A DNA stretch of 64,000 bases, from positions 3,330,616 through 3,394,615 of the forward strand of contig OZ245843.1 of assembly GCA_965228875.1 (NCBI GenBank). Reading direction: 5' to 3'. The notes under the pieces were generated by a model. It made no database searches. It was not told where the DNA came from and was given only the letters and a program-made list of their open reading frames with translations. Positions 40,969-51,443 of the stretch are shown one piece after another. Source of the stretch: Thalassobaculaceae bacterium. Lineage in GTDB: Bacteria; Pseudomonadota; Alphaproteobacteria; Thalassobaculales; Thalassobaculaceae. The stretch's first letter is position 1. Each line of letters starts with the position of its first letter. Made by a program: the position numbers and the translations under genes.

Positions 40969-42938
40969 TCGCCGAACTCGGCCATTTGGCGCTTGCCGCG
41001 GCCCTGGTGGTCGCGGCGTTTCAGGCGCTGGTCCCGCTCTACGGGGCGGCGCGCCGGGATGCCACCCTGATGGCGATGGCGCCGGCGGCGGCGATGGTGC
41101 AGTTCGCCGCCCTGATCGTCGCCTTCGCGGCCCTGACCCACGCCTTCGTCACCTCGGACTTCTCGGTGTCCAACGTGGTCGCGAACTCCCATTCGGCCAA
41201 GCCGCTGATCTACAAGATCTCCGGCGTGTGGGGGAACCATGAGGGCTCGATGCTGCTCTGGGTCCTGATCCTCGCCCTTTTCGGTGCCGCGGTCGCCGCC
41301 TTCGGCGCCAACCTGCCGGAGAGCCTGAAGGCGCGGACGATCGCGGTGCAGGGGATGATCGGCGTCGGGTTCCTCGCCTTCATCCTGTTCACCTCCAACC
41401 CGTTCGAGCGGGTGGTGCCGGCGCCGATCGACGGGCGCGGGCTGAACCCGCTGCTGCAGGATATCGGCCTCGCCCTGCACCCGCCGATGCTCTACCTCGG
41501 CTATGTCGGGCTCTCGACGACCTTCTCCTTCGCCGTCGCCGCCCTGCTGGAGGGGCGTGTCGACCCGTCCTGGGCGCGCTGGGTGCGGCCCTGGACGCTG
41601 GCCGCCTGGGTGGCGCTGACCGCCGGGATCACGCTGGGGTCGGGCTGGGCCTATTACGAACTCGGCTGGGGTGGCTGGTGGTTCTGGGATCCGGTTGAGA
41701 ATGCCAGCTTCATGCCCTGGCTCGCCGCCACCGCCCTGCTGCACTCCGCCATCGTCGTCGAGAAGCGCGACGCCCTGAAGAGCTGGACGATCCTGCTGGC
41801 GCTGATCGCCTTCGCGCTCTCGCTGCTCGGCACCTTCCTGGTGCGCTCCGGCGTGCTGACGAGCGTGCACGCCTTCGCCGTCGACCCGGAGCGGGGGATG
41901 TTCATCCTGGTGCTGCTGGCGATCGCCATCGGCGCCTCCTTCGCGCTCTACGCCTGGCGCGCGCCGACGCTGGAGGGCGGCGGCGTCTTCCGCCCGATCA
42001 GCCGGGAAGGCGCGCTGGTGCTGAACAACCTGCTGACCGCGACGGCCACCGCGACGGTGCTGATCGGCACGCTCTATCCGCTGGCGCTGGAGACCCTGAC
42101 CGGCGAGAAGGTCTCGGTCGGCGCGCCGTTCTACGAGGCGACCTTCGTGCCGCTGATGGTGCCGCTGGTGCTGGCGCTGGGCATCGGCCCGATGCTGGCC
42201 TGGAAGCGCGGCGACCTGGCCGACGCCCTGCACAACCTCTGGACCGCCGCCATCGTCGCGATCTCCTGCGGCCTGGCGATCTACTGGCTGCAGGGCGCGC
42301 CGGTCGGCGCGGCACTGGGCATGGGCCTGGCCGCCTGGCTCGCCGTCGCCGTGCTCACCGAATGGGCCGAGCGGATCAAGCTGTTCCGGGTGCCGCTGGC
42401 CTCTTCCTGGTCGCGCGCCGTCGGGCTGCCCCGTGCCTCCTACGGCATGAGCCTCGCCCATCTCGGGCTGGCACTGTTCATCGTCGGCGCCACCGGCGAG
42501 ACCTTCTTCAGCAAGGAGGTCGTGCGCTACGCCGCGGCCGGCGACCGCATCGAGATCGGCGGCCATACCGTCACCTTCCAGGGCGTGACCGAGCGCGCCG
42601 GCCCGAACTTCTCCGCCCAGGTCGGCACCTTCGTGCTGGCCAATGGCGACAGGCTGGAGTCCGAGCGTCGATTCTACCCGGCCGAGGGCCAGCAGACGAC
42701 GGAAGCGGCGATCCGGGTGCGCCTGGACGGCGATCTGTACGCGGTGCTCGGCGAGCCGGCCGCGGACGGACAGTGGACGGTGCGGATCTACTTCAAGACG
42801 CTTGTGGTGTGGCTGTGGATCGGCGGATTCCTGATGGCCGCCGGTGGCCTGGTCTCGCTGGCCGACCGCCGCCTGCGGGTCGGCGCGCCGGCGCCGCGCC
42901 GCCGGTCCACCGTCCTCGCCGCCGGCGAAAGCGACTGA
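40965..42938 (+). CDS. ccmF: Haem lyase CcmF
   Basis: [43 protein letters not shown]. Confidence 0.96.
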   Translation: MIAELGHLALAAALVVAAFQALVPLYGAARRDATLMAMAPAAAMVQFAALIVAFAALTHAFVTSDFSVSNVVANSHSAKPLIYKISGVWGNHEGSMLLWVLILALFGAAVAAFGANLPESLKARTIAVQGMIGVGFLAFILFTSNPFERVVPAPIDGRGLNPLLQDIGLALHPPMLYLGYVGLSTTFSFAVAALLEGRVDPSWARWVRPWTLAAWVALTAGITLGSGWAYYELGWGGWWFWDPVENASFMPWLAATALLHSAIVVEKRDALKSWTILLALIAFALSLLGTFLVRSGVLTSVHAFAVDPERGMFILVLLAIAIGASFALYAWRAPTLEGGGVFRPISREGALVLNNLLTATATATVLIGTLYPLALETLTGEKVSVGAPFYEATFVPLMVPLVLALGIGPMLAWKRGDLADALHNLWTAAIVAISCGLAIYWLQGAPVGAALGMGLAAWLAVAVLTEWAERIKLFRVPLASSWSRAVGLPRASYGMSLAHLGLALFIVGATGETFFSKEVVRYAAAGDRIEIGGHTVTFQGVTERAGPNFSAQVGTFVLANGDRLESERRFYPAEGQQTTEAAIRVRLDGDLYAVLGEPAADGQWTVRIYFKTLVVWLWIGGFLMAAGGLVSLADRRLRVGAPAPRRRSTVLAAGESD

Positions 42939-42942
42939 GCGG

Positions 42943-43476
42943 ATGCGCCGTCTTCTCGCCCTGACCCCGCTGCTCGCCGCCGTCGCCCTGGTCGTCGCCC
43001 TTGCCTGGCCGATTCTGGAGGGGCGCAACCCGCAGGAACTGCCGTCGGTCCTGCTCGACAAGCCGGTGCCCGCCTTCGACCTTCCCGCCCTCGAACCCGG
43101 CGCGCGCGGCCTCGCGTCGAGCGACCTCAAGGGCACGCCGGTGCTGGTCAACGTCTTCGCATCCTGGTGCGCGCCCTGCCGGGCGGAGATCCCGCGCCTG
43201 CAGGGCCTCGCCGCCGACGGCGTGACGATCTACGGCCTGGCCTACAAGGACGACCCCGCGGCCACCCGCCGGTTCCTCGACGCCCTCGGCAACCCCTATG
43301 CGCGGATCGGCGTCGACCGCGACGGCCGGACCGGAATCGAGTTCGGCGTCTATGGCGTGCCGGAGACCTATGTGGTCGACGCCGAGGGCGTGATCCGCCA
43401 CCGCCATGTCGGCGAGGTGACCGACAGGGTCGCCGACGCCACCCTGATACCGCTGCTGCGGGACCTGGCGCGGTGA
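42943..43476 (+). CDS. ccmG: Thiol:disulfide interchange protein CcmG/DsbE
   Basis: [21 protein letters not shown]. Confidence 0.92.
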   Translation: MRRLLALTPLLAAVALVVALAWPILEGRNPQELPSVLLDKPVPAFDLPALEPGARGLASSDLKGTPVLVNVFASWCAPCRAEIPRLQGLAADGVTIYGLAYKDDPAATRRFLDALGNPYARIGVDRDGRTGIEFGVYGVPETYVVDAEGVIRHRHVGEVTDRVADATLIPLLRDLAR

Positions 43477-43946
43477 TCCGCGTCCTCCTCCTCGCGGCTC
43501 TGCTGCTAGCTGCCCATCCGGTTCTGGCGCTGCAGCCGGACGAAGTGCTCGACGATCCGGCACTGGAGGCGCGTGCCCGAAGCCTGAGCGCCGTGATCCG
43601 CTGCGTCGTCTGCCAGAACCAGTCGATCGACGACAGCAATGCCGAACTCGCCCGCGACCTGCGCCTGCTGGTACGCGAGCGGCTGCTGGCCGGCGACAGC
43701 GACCGGGAGGTCCGCGACTATCTGGTCGCCCGCTATGGCCCCTTCGTGCTTCTGGAGCCGCCGAAGACCGAGACGACGCTGGTGCTGTGGTACGGCCCGG
43801 CCGCCCTGCTCGCCCTGGGCGCGCTCGCGGTTGCCGTCACCTTCGCCCGCCGCCGCCGGGCCGCGCCGGCACAGCCGCTGTCGGCGGAGGAGCGGCGGCA
43901 GCTCGACGCCCTGCTCGGCCGCGAGGACGACGGGAGGGAGGCATGA
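43473..43946 (+). CDS. ccmH: Cytochrome c biogenesis protein CcmH
   Basis: [24 protein letters not shown]. Confidence 0.92.
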   Translation: MIRVLLLAALLLAAHPVLALQPDEVLDDPALEARARSLSAVIRCVVCQNQSIDDSNAELARDLRLLVRERLLAGDSDREVRDYLVARYGPFVLLEPPKTETTLVLWYGPAALLALGALAVAVTFARRRRAAPAQPLSAEERRQLDALLGREDDGREA

Positions 43947-45361
43947 TGTTCTGGGCCGCCGCCGGCGTCCTGCTTCTCGCCGCCATCATCGCGCTGATCG
44001 CACCGCTGCTGCGTCGTCCCCGACCGGTCGCGGCGCGGGCCGAGCACGGCCTGTCGGTACTCAAGGATCAGCTCGCCGAAATCGAGCGCGACCAACGGGC
44101 CGGCCGGCTCGCCGAGACCGAGGCGAGCGCCGCGCGCACCGAGATCGAGCGGCGCATCCTGGCCGAGGCCGGCCGGCTGGAACCGGAGGGTCACTCCCAC
44201 GGCACCGGCGAGGACACCCGCCGGCGCCGGTTCGCGCTGGCGGCGGCGATCATTATCGGTCTTCCCCTGGCAACCGCCGCCCTGTACCTGCGCGCCGGCA
44301 GCCCCGGCACCCCCGACCTGCCGCTGTCGGCCCGGGCCGACGAACGCGCCCGCATGACCGAGACGGCTCAGCGCCAGAAAGGCCTTATGGACATGATCCA
44401 GAGCCTCGAGGCACGGCTCGGCGAACAACCCGACGACCTCGACGGCTGGCTGCTGCTCGGCCGCTCGCGCCTGTCGCTCGGCGATTTCGAACGGGCGGCA
44501 CTCGCCTTCGGACGCGCCGCCGATCTCGGCGGCGGGCCGGAGGCGACCGGAGAGATGGGCGAGGCCCTGGTCCGGCGCGACCGCGGCATCGTCACCCCGG
44601 ATGCCCGCCGGGCGTTCCAGGCGGTGCTCGAGGCTTCGCCGGGCGATCCCCGGGCCCGGTTCTATCTGGCGCTCGCCGAGTTGCAGGCCGGGCGCGCCGA
44701 GACGGCCCTGCGCCAATGGCTGGCGCTGGCCGCCGACACGCCGCCGGACGCACCGTGGCGGGGGGCGTTGCTGCAGCGGATCGAGACGGCGGCCGAGGAG
44801 CACGACATCGACCTGCCGGCCCTTCGCGCCCAACTGGGCGGTGCCCGACCGGTCGAGTCCGGCCCGCGCGGCCCGAGCCAGGAAGACATCGCCGCCGCCC
44901 GCGCGATGTCGCCGGAGGATCGCCTGGACATGATCCGGGGCATGGTCGACAGCCTGGCGGCGCGGCTTGAGCAGGATCCGAGCGATATCGACGGCTGGCT
45001 GCGGCTCGGCCGGTCGTGGCAGGTCCTGGGCGAGCCGGAAAAGTCCGTCGCCGCCTACCGCGAGGCGGCCGAGCGGGCGCCGGACAGGGTCGACATCCAG
45101 CTCGACTACGCCCGGGCGCTGTTCCCTCCCGGCACGGCCGAACGAGCGATGCCTGCGGCCTTCGCCGGCGTCATCGCCCGGGTCCGGGACCTGGCGCCGG
45201 ATCATCCAGAGGGATTGTTCTTCGCCGGCATGATCGCGGCCCGCAACGGCGATGCCGACGGGGCGCGCGACCTGTGGGGCCGGCTGATCGGCCGGCTGCC
45301 CGCCGACTCCCCGGTTCGGGCGGCGATCGAGAAGCGGCTGGCTACGCTCGAGGGGAACTGA
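43943..45361 (+). CDS. ccmI: Cytochrome c biogenesis protein CcmI/CycH (TPR)
   Basis: N-terminal TMs, [12 protein letters not shown] repeats, [13 protein letters not shown]...GWLRL. Confidence 0.88.
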   Translation: MMFWAAAGVLLLAAIIALIAPLLRRPRPVAARAEHGLSVLKDQLAEIERDQRAGRLAETEASAARTEIERRILAEAGRLEPEGHSHGTGEDTRRRRFALAAAIIIGLPLATAALYLRAGSPGTPDLPLSARADERARMTETAQRQKGLMDMIQSLEARLGEQPDDLDGWLLLGRSRLSLGDFERAALAFGRAADLGGGPEATGEMGEALVRRDRGIVTPDARRAFQAVLEASPGDPRARFYLALAELQAGRAETALRQWLALAADTPPDAPWRGALLQRIETAAEEHDIDLPALRAQLGGARPVESGPRGPSQEDIAAARAMSPEDRLDMIRGMVDSLAARLEQDPSDIDGWLRLGRSWQVLGEPEKSVAAYREAAERAPDRVDIQLDYARALFPPGTAERAMPAAFAGVIARVRDLAPDHPEGLFFAGMIAARNGDADGARDLWGRLIGRLPADSPVRAAIEKRLATLEGN

Positions 45362-46424
45362 GCCGGCGGTTGACGTGGCCCATCTTGCGCCCGGGACGGC
45401 TCTCCGCCTTGCCGTAGAGATGCACCCGGGCCGCCGGATCCCGCAGGTAACCGGGGACCCCGTCGACGTCGTCGCCGATCAGGTTCAGCATCTCGGTCTC
45501 GAACAGGATGTCGGTCGGGCCGAGCGGCAGACCGGTCACCGCCCGCACGAACTGCTCGAACTGCGAGGTGGCGCACCCGTCCTGGGTCCAGTGCCCGGAA
45601 TTGTGCGGCCGGGGCGCGATCTCGTTCACGAGAACCTCCCCATCCTCGGTCACGAACATCTCCACCGCCAGCAGGCCGACGATGTCGAGTGCCCCGATCA
45701 GCGTTTCCGCGGCGTGGCGGGCGGCGGCGGCGACCGGATCCGAGACCCCGGCCGGAACGACGGAGCGGCGCAGGATGCCGCCCTCGTGGCTGTTCTCGGT
45801 CACCGGGAAGCACGCAACCGTCCCGTCGAGACCGCGCGCGGCGATCACCGAGACCTCGGTGGTGAAGCGGACCATCCGCTCCAGGATCGCATCGTCGCTG
45901 GCGAGATCGTCCCAGACTTTCGCCAGGCTCGAATCCATATCGATCCGGATCTGGCCCTTGCCGTCATAGCCGAGCCGGCAGGTCTTGAGGATCGACGGTA
46001 CGCCGACGGCACTGAGCCCGTCGATCAGCTCGTCCAGGGTCGACACGCCCCAGAACTGGGTGGTCTCCAGGCCCTGGGCGCGGGCGAAACTCTTCTCCTC
46101 GACACGGTGCTGCGCCACCTGCAGCGCCAGCGCCCCCGGCCGAACCGGCACCCGGTCCGTCAGGTATTCAACGGTCTCCACCGGGACGTTCTCGAACTCG
46201 TAGGTGACCACGTCGACCTCGGCCGCGAAGACATCGAGCGCCGCCCGGTCGTCCCATCCCGCCGACGTCGAGGCCGCCGACACCTGGGCCGCCGGCCCAC
46301 CGGCCGCGTCCGGATCGTAGATATGGCAGCGGAAGCCAAGCGGCGCCGCGGCGAGGGCGGTCATGCGGCCGAGCTGACCGCCGCCGAGAATGCCGATGGT
46401 GGAGTTCGCGGGCAGCGGCGCCAT
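45342..46424 (-). CDS. purK: N5-carboxyaminoimidazole ribonucleotide synthase
   Basis: IGILGGGQLGRM, TYEFENV, GYDGKGQ, NEIAPRPHNSGHW, GRKMGH; alternative ATG at 46439. Confidence 0.95.
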   Translation of the reverse strand: MAPLPANSTIGILGGGQLGRMTALAAAPLGFRCHIYDPDAAGGPAAQVSAASTSAGWDDRAALDVFAAEVDVVTYEFENVPVETVEYLTDRVPVRPGALALQVAQHRVEEKSFARAQGLETTQFWGVSTLDELIDGLSAVGVPSILKTCRLGYDGKGQIRIDMDSSLAKVWDDLASDDAILERMVRFTTEVSVIAARGLDGTVACFPVTENSHEGGILRRSVVPAGVSDPVAAAARHAAETLIGALDIVGLLAVEMFVTEDGEVLVNEIAPRPHNSGHWTQDGCATSQFEQFVRAVTGLPLGPTDILFETEMLNLIGDDVDGVPGYLRDPAARVHLYGKAESRPGRKMGHVNRRLSSPRA

Positions 46425-46428
46425 GATC

Positions 46429-46932
46429 TCAGTCCCCATCGCTCGCGGTGTCCACCGGAGCGTCGGCGACCGCTTCGGTGCGGGCCCGGCGCCAGGCGGT
46501 GAGCGCAGTGTCGACCGCCGGGTCGGACAGGGCCACGATGGAAGCGGCCATCAGCCCGGCGTTCACCGCGCCCGCCTTGCCGATCGCCAGCGTTCCCACC
46601 GGCACGCCGCCGGGCATCTGAACGATTGACAGCAGGCTGTCCCAGCCGGAGAGGGCCTTGCTCTCGACCGGCACTCCGAGAACCGGCAGCGTGGTCATCG
46701 CCGCGACCATACCGGGAAGGTGGGCGGCCCCGCCGGCGCCCGCGACGATCACCTGGATGCCCCGTTCCTTGGCGGACTCGGCGTATTCAACCATCCGCTT
46801 CGGCGTCCGGTGGGCGGACACGATCCGCCGCTCATGCGCGATGCCCAGGTCGTCCAGAACCTCGCAGACGTGGCGCATGGTCGGCCAGTCCGACTGACTG
46901 CCCATGATCACGCCGATCTTCGCAGGGGGCAC
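46429..46932 (-). CDS. purE: N5-CAIR mutase
   Basis: [38 protein letters not shown] start after GGAGG. Confidence 0.95.
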   Translation of the reverse strand: MPPAKIGVIMGSQSDWPTMRHVCEVLDDLGIAHERRIVSAHRTPKRMVEYAESAKERGIQVIVAGAGGAAHLPGMVAAMTTLPVLGVPVESKALSGWDSLLSIVQMPGGVPVGTLAIGKAGAVNAGLMAASIVALSDPAVDTALTAWRRARTEAVADAPVDTASDGD

Positions 46933-47088
46933 CTTCGCCTCCAAGTTGTCATGATCCGCCGCCGGCATTGGCAGCGAGGAAGCCGCGGACTATACGAAGG
47001 CGCTCCTGGGTGTTCAAGAACAGCGAGCGATGCTGACAGCACCCGGCCTCGCGGTTAGAATAAAGCCTTGTGAACAAAGGCGTTGCCT

Positions 47089-47631
47089 ATGTCGATGAAG
47101 ACTTACGCACTGGATGCGGTATCGGTCCTCGTGGTCGAGGACAACCGGTTCATGCGGTCTATATTGGTTAATGTCCTCAAGGGACTCGGCATCAACCACG
47201 TGGTCGAGGCGCGGGAGGGGCACGAGGCGTTGGAGGAACTGCGCAACACGCCCGTCGACATCATCGTCATGGACTGGGAGATGGAGGGCATGTCCGGTTC
47301 GAAGCTGCTGCAGACCGTGCGCAGCGGCAAGCGCGGCCTGAACCCGCTGGTGCCGGTGATCGTCGTCTCCGCCAACACCATCGCCCGCAACGTCCTGCAG
47401 GCGCGCGACACCGGAATGACCGAGTTTCTCGCCAAGCCGGTCTCGGCCGCCGCGATCTATGCCCGCATCGTCTCGATCATCGAGCATCCGCGGCGATTCG
47501 TTCGGACCGGTTCGTATTTCGGGCCCGACCGCCGCCGCCGCTTCGACCCGCAGTACCTGGGCCCGAAGCGGCGCTCCGACGACCGGTCGATGGATGCAGT
47601 GGACGATCTCGACTCGGTGAAGCAAGCTTGA
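47089..47631 (+). CDS. Response regulator receiver protein with GPDRR tail
   Basis: VVEDN, phospho-acceptor in MDWEM, SAN, AKP; C-terminal YFGPDRRRR; no DNA-binding domain. Confidence 0.85.
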   Translation: MSMKTYALDAVSVLVVEDNRFMRSILVNVLKGLGINHVVEAREGHEALEELRNTPVDIIVMDWEMEGMSGSKLLQTVRSGKRGLNPLVPVIVVSANTIARNVLQARDTGMTEFLAKPVSAAAIYARIVSIIEHPRRFVRTGSYFGPDRRRRFDPQYLGPKRRSDDRSMDAVDDLDSVKQA

Positions 47632-47659
47632 CGAACGCTCGACGTCTGCGGTGACCCTG

Positions 47660-48151
47660 ATGGCCGACAAACCGAAGGTCGAATTCATCGACAACCCGAA
47701 CCCGATCAAGAAGAAAGTTCGGCTCGAGCAGGGCGTGGACCCGAACAACCTCATCAAACGCGCCGACAAGCAGGTCGCCAAGTTGTCCGGCGAGTTCGAG
47801 GAGATCTTCGCCGAGAACATTCTCGCCCTGAGCGAGGCGATGGCGGCGATCCGCGACACCGACGGCGGCGACACCGTCGCCCTCGGCCGGCTCCGCAGCC
47901 TGCTGCACGATCTGCGCGGCCAGGCCGGCACCTTCGGCTATCCCCTGGTCAGCCAGGTTGGCGACAGCGCCTGCAAGTTCATCGACCTGTCCGAGGAGAT
48001 CGGCGCCCCCGAGACCGAGGTCCTGGGTATGCATGTGGACGCGCTGAAGGCGATCAGCCAGGCCAAGATCAAGGGCGACGGCGGACCGGTCGGCGCGGAG
48101 CTGATGGGCGGCCTGCGCAAGGTCGTCCTGAAGTACAACGAGAAGCGGTAG
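47660..48151 (+). CDS. Hpt (histidine phosphotransfer)-like protein
   Basis: Helical protein with LHDLRGQAGTFGYP motif. Confidence 0.75.
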   Translation: MADKPKVEFIDNPNPIKKKVRLEQGVDPNNLIKRADKQVAKLSGEFEEIFAENILALSEAMAAIRDTDGGDTVALGRLRSLLHDLRGQAGTFGYPLVSQVGDSACKFIDLSEEIGAPETEVLGMHVDALKAISQAKIKGDGGPVGAELMGGLRKVVLKYNEKR

Positions 48152-48239
48152 CGACAGACGCACAGCCACGGCTTCTCGGCGACAGGGACCGCCGCCGCCG
48201 CCCCTGCCGGGGAGGATTCCCGCCAAACTCAACTGGCGA

Positions 48240-48375
48240 CATGGTAAACAGTATTGGTTACACATGAGAAACGATTGATTGCACGTTAAGTAATCATAAG
48301 TGATCAATACTAGAATAGACTAAATTTTCCGAAATCGATCAGAATATGTGTGATAATAATGCCACGTTCATTTAG
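48240..48375 (+). promoter_or_regulatory. Strongly AT-rich upstream region of the RTX gene
   Basis: Abrupt AT-rich tract in a GC-rich window, with inverted repeats agtattg/caatact and attgat/atcaat. Confidence 0.5.
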
Positions 48376-48386
48376 AGAGCGTGGAC

Positions 48387-50543
48387 ATGGCGTCGATCAC
48401 TTTGACAGGTGCGAACGCGGTCGTCACCCTGATCACCAACGTCAACGCGTCCGGGGTGACGACTGTTGGCGACGACGCGATCAGTTCCACCGCCGCCTTC
48501 CTGGCCGGTTCTCAAATCGACGGGTCGACCGGCAACGACACGCTGAGCATCACCGGTGGCGGCACCGCCGACCTGGGCGTCCTCGGCGCGCTCACGGCGA
48601 TCGAGGCGGTGTCTCTCACGGCGGCCACCAATCTGACCGTCGGCGTGGCTTCAGTTACCGTCACGGGCAGTTCGGGCGCAGACACGATCACCCTCAGCCT
48701 CGCTAGCCAGTCGACCGATTCGGGCTCCGGCGACGACACCGTCAACGTCACCTCGACGTCGATCGGCGCATCGATCGACGGCGGCGCGGGCACCGACACT
48801 CTGTCGATTAGCGGCGGCGGAACGGCGGTGATGGGGGCCGGTGTCACGAACTTCGAGGCGGTCACCCTCGGCAGCGCGACGACCTTCACCGCAAACAGCA
48901 CATCCGGCCTGGCCATCACCGGCAGTTCCGGCACCGATACCATCAACCTCGGAAGCGGCGGCCAATCGGTCGCCGCGAGTTCCGGCGCGGATACGATCGT
49001 CGGCGGCAGCGGCGATGACAGCATCGTCGTCGGGGCCGCCTCCCAGGATATCGACGGCGGATCGGGCGCCGACACGATTTCCGTGGACGGCACGTCCATT
49101 GCCTCGACGATCGACGGCAATGCCGGCACCGACCTCTTGCGGGTCACCGGGGGCGGCAGCGCCTCCATGGGCGCCGGCGTCACCAGCATCGAGTCCGTGA
49201 GCCTGCTCGCCGCGACCACTTTCACCGCCAACAGCACGGCGGGCCTGACGATCACGGGCAGTTCGGGCGGCGACGACATCACCCTCGGGAATGTCGCGCA
49301 GACGGTATCCGCCGGTACCGGAAACGACACGATCTCCGGCGGCGCCGGCGCCGACACCCTCTATGGAGAGGGTGGATCTGACAGGTTCGTCGCTGGAAAC
49401 GGTGATCTTCTGGGTGACTTCACATCGGATGACACGATCGTCGTCGCCGGCACCTTCTCGGCCTCTGCGATCTCGGTAACGGTCCTGACAAACACCACGC
49501 TGGCGATCGACACCGACGGCAACGCGGCGGTCGACACCACGCTGACCCTGACAGGCGCGCTGAACGGAACGTTCTCGACGGCGTCCGCCGCCGGGTTCAC
49601 AACGATCACCTACTCGTCCTCCGGCGGGGGCGGTGGCGACGGCGACGGTGAGAACGACGATTCAGGAGGCTTCGATCCGACCGGCTCATCGGAGACCGCC
49701 GATCAGAGCCTGGGTGGAACCGCAGCCGCCGACACGCTGCAAGGCGGACTGGGAGACGACACGATCATCGCCGGATCCGGCGATGACCTCGTGGTCGGCG
49801 GTGGCGGCTCGGATCTGTTGCTCGGCGAGGAGGGGATCGACACAATTCTGGGCGGTGACGCCGCCGATACCATTTCGGCCGGGGCGGGCGCGGACCTGGT
49901 TTTCGGCAACGGGGAAGACGACCTGATCTATGGCGGACCGGATGTCGACACATTGCGCGGAAACGCGGGGTTCGACTCCATCTACGGGCTGACCGATGGC
50001 GACCTTATCTACGGCAACACGGATGGCGACCGCCTCGTCGGAAATGAAGGGACGGATTCCGTCTTCGGCGGTCAGGGCCAGGATCTGATCTACGGCAATT
50101 CCGGCGTCGATCTGATCTTCGGCAACCGCGCGACCGACACCGTCTATGGCGGACAGGGCAACGATATCGTCTACGGCAACCAGGGTGACGATTTCGTCTA
50201 CGGAAACCTCGGAGACGACACCCTGTACGGGGGTCAGGCGAACGACGTCATCCACGCCGGCGGTGGCGATGACGCGGTGTATTCCGGCTTCGGCCAAGAC
50301 ATCATCGCCGTTTCGGACGGCGACGGCCAGGACACCGTGAACGACTTCGACGGGGCGTCCGGGGACAGGATACGGATCACCGCGAACCTGAACGGAACGT
50401 CACTGGACAGTTTTGCCGACATCCAGGCGGCCGCGACCTCGGCAGACGGCAACACCACCGTCGATCTCGGCGCCGGCAACGGGCTGACCCTGATCGGCGT
50501 CTCGGCCGGCGATCTCGACTCGGCCTGGTTCGAGTTCCGGTAG
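48387..50543 (+). CDS. RTX/haemolysin-type calcium-binding repeat protein (probable T1SS substrate or surface protein)
   Basis: Many GGxGxDxUx nonapeptides, no signal peptide, no Cys, T1SS-like C-terminus. Confidence 0.85.
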   Translation: MASITLTGANAVVTLITNVNASGVTTVGDDAISSTAAFLAGSQIDGSTGNDTLSITGGGTADLGVLGALTAIEAVSLTAATNLTVGVASVTVTGSSGADTITLSLASQSTDSGSGDDTVNVTSTSIGASIDGGAGTDTLSISGGGTAVMGAGVTNFEAVTLGSATTFTANSTSGLAITGSSGTDTINLGSGGQSVAASSGADTIVGGSGDDSIVVGAASQDIDGGSGADTISVDGTSIASTIDGNAGTDLLRVTGGGSASMGAGVTSIESVSLLAATTFTANSTAGLTITGSSGGDDITLGNVAQTVSAGTGNDTISGGAGADTLYGEGGSDRFVAGNGDLLGDFTSDDTIVVAGTFSASAISVTVLTNTTLAIDTDGNAAVDTTLTLTGALNGTFSTASAAGFTTITYSSSGGGGGDGDGENDDSGGFDPTGSSETADQSLGGTAAADTLQGGLGDDTIIAGSGDDLVVGGGGSDLLLGEEGIDTILGGDAADTISAGAGADLVFGNGEDDLIYGGPDVDTLRGNAGFDSIYGLTDGDLIYGNTDGDRLVGNEGTDSVFGGQGQDLIYGNSGVDLIFGNRATDTVYGGQGNDIVYGNQGDDFVYGNLGDDTLYGGQANDVIHAGGGDDAVYSGFGQDIIAVSDGDGQDTVNDFDGASGDRIRITANLNGTSLDSFADIQAAATSADGNTTVDLGAGNGLTLIGVSAGDLDSAWFEFR

Positions 50544-50663
50544 AGCCACGATCAGGCGCCAGGTGCGCCTCAAGATCGCGTGCAGGTCTCTGAATGAAAT
50601 GTCGTCTGTTCACCACGAACGCCGTTCTGAAACGGGCGCCCGGCAACCCCGACCGACAGACCG

Positions 50664-50864
50664 TCAGGCGATGATATCGGGAAGAAGCTGGCTCTCCAGC
50701 CGGCTCATCTGATCCTTCAGCGACAGCTTGCGCTTCTTCAGGCGCTGGAGCTGGATCTGGTCGAACGGCGCATGCTCGATCAGTCGGGCGATCACGTCGT
50801 CCAGGTCGCGGTGTTGTTCCTTCAGCTCGGCGAGCCGGCGTTTGACTTCTTCCAGATCTTCCAC
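50664..50864 (-). CDS. DUF465 (YdcH) family small protein
   Basis: L..QHRDLD...LQRLKKRKLSLKD...PDIIA. Confidence 0.85.
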   Translation of the reverse strand: MEDLEEVKRRLAELKEQHRDLDDVIARLIEHAPFDQIQLQRLKKRKLSLKDQMSRLESQLLPDIIA

Positions 50865-50927
50865 GATGCCCTCGGTCGCGATGCGCACTGCATCAGACGA
50901 ATAACCTTCCTGAAAAAACGCGGGTAT

Positions 50928-51443
50928 TCAAGCTTTCCAGACCGCGCGGGCCGCCGTCACGACCATCACCTGGCCGGAGGGAAAACGGTGCCGCCCGCGT
51001 TCCCGGAACCCGGCCTTCTGGAACGCGATGATCGCTCCCCAGTGGCCCGGATGCGGGTCGGCCACGACCCGGTCGCACCCCTCCTCGGCGAACAGACGCG
51101 CCGTCAGGGCGCGGATCGCCTGGCGCCCGATTTTCCTGTTCACGACGTCCACCTCGCCGATCAGCAGGTCGATGCCGCGCGTACCGGGCCCGACCCCGTC
51201 GACCTGGCGCCAGACGTCGCCGTCCTGCATCACGTCGTAGTCGTGGGCGTAGCCGATCGGCCGACCGTCCAGGTCGATGCGCCACGGTCGAAGCCAGTCC
51301 GCAACCGGCGTGCCCGCCCGGAACGCCTCGACAACAGGCGCGGTCCAGTGCGGTTTCCACCAGCGCCGGACATGCGGCGCCGCGAGCCAGGCTTCGAGGC
51401 GCTCCAGTTCGTCCGGCGGATAAGGTGTGAACTCAACCGGCAC
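50928..51443 (-). CDS. GNAT acetyltransferase, AAC(6')-Ib/Acetyltransf_8-like
   Basis: PHVRRWW, PIGY, GTRGIDLLIGE, VADP.P..AI..F.KAGF. Confidence 0.75.
   Translation of the reverse strand: MPVEFTPYPPDELERLEAWLAAPHVRRWWKPHWTAPVVEAFRAGTPVADWLRPWRIDLDGRPIGYAHDYDVMQDGDVWRQVDGVGPGTRGIDLLIGEVDVVNRKIGRQAIRALTARLFAEEGCDRVVADPHPGHWGAIIAFQKAGFRERGRHRFPSGQVMVVTAARAVWKA

Noticed and set aside
48284..48300. CtrA box upstream of the RTX gene
   Set aside because: Only one good TTAA half-site; the TTAA-N7-TTAA spacing is not met
49700..50300. 27-bp periodicity resembling a CRISPR or DNA repeat array
   Set aside because: It is the coding periodicity of RTX nonapeptides, with degenerate third positions and no repeat-spacer structure
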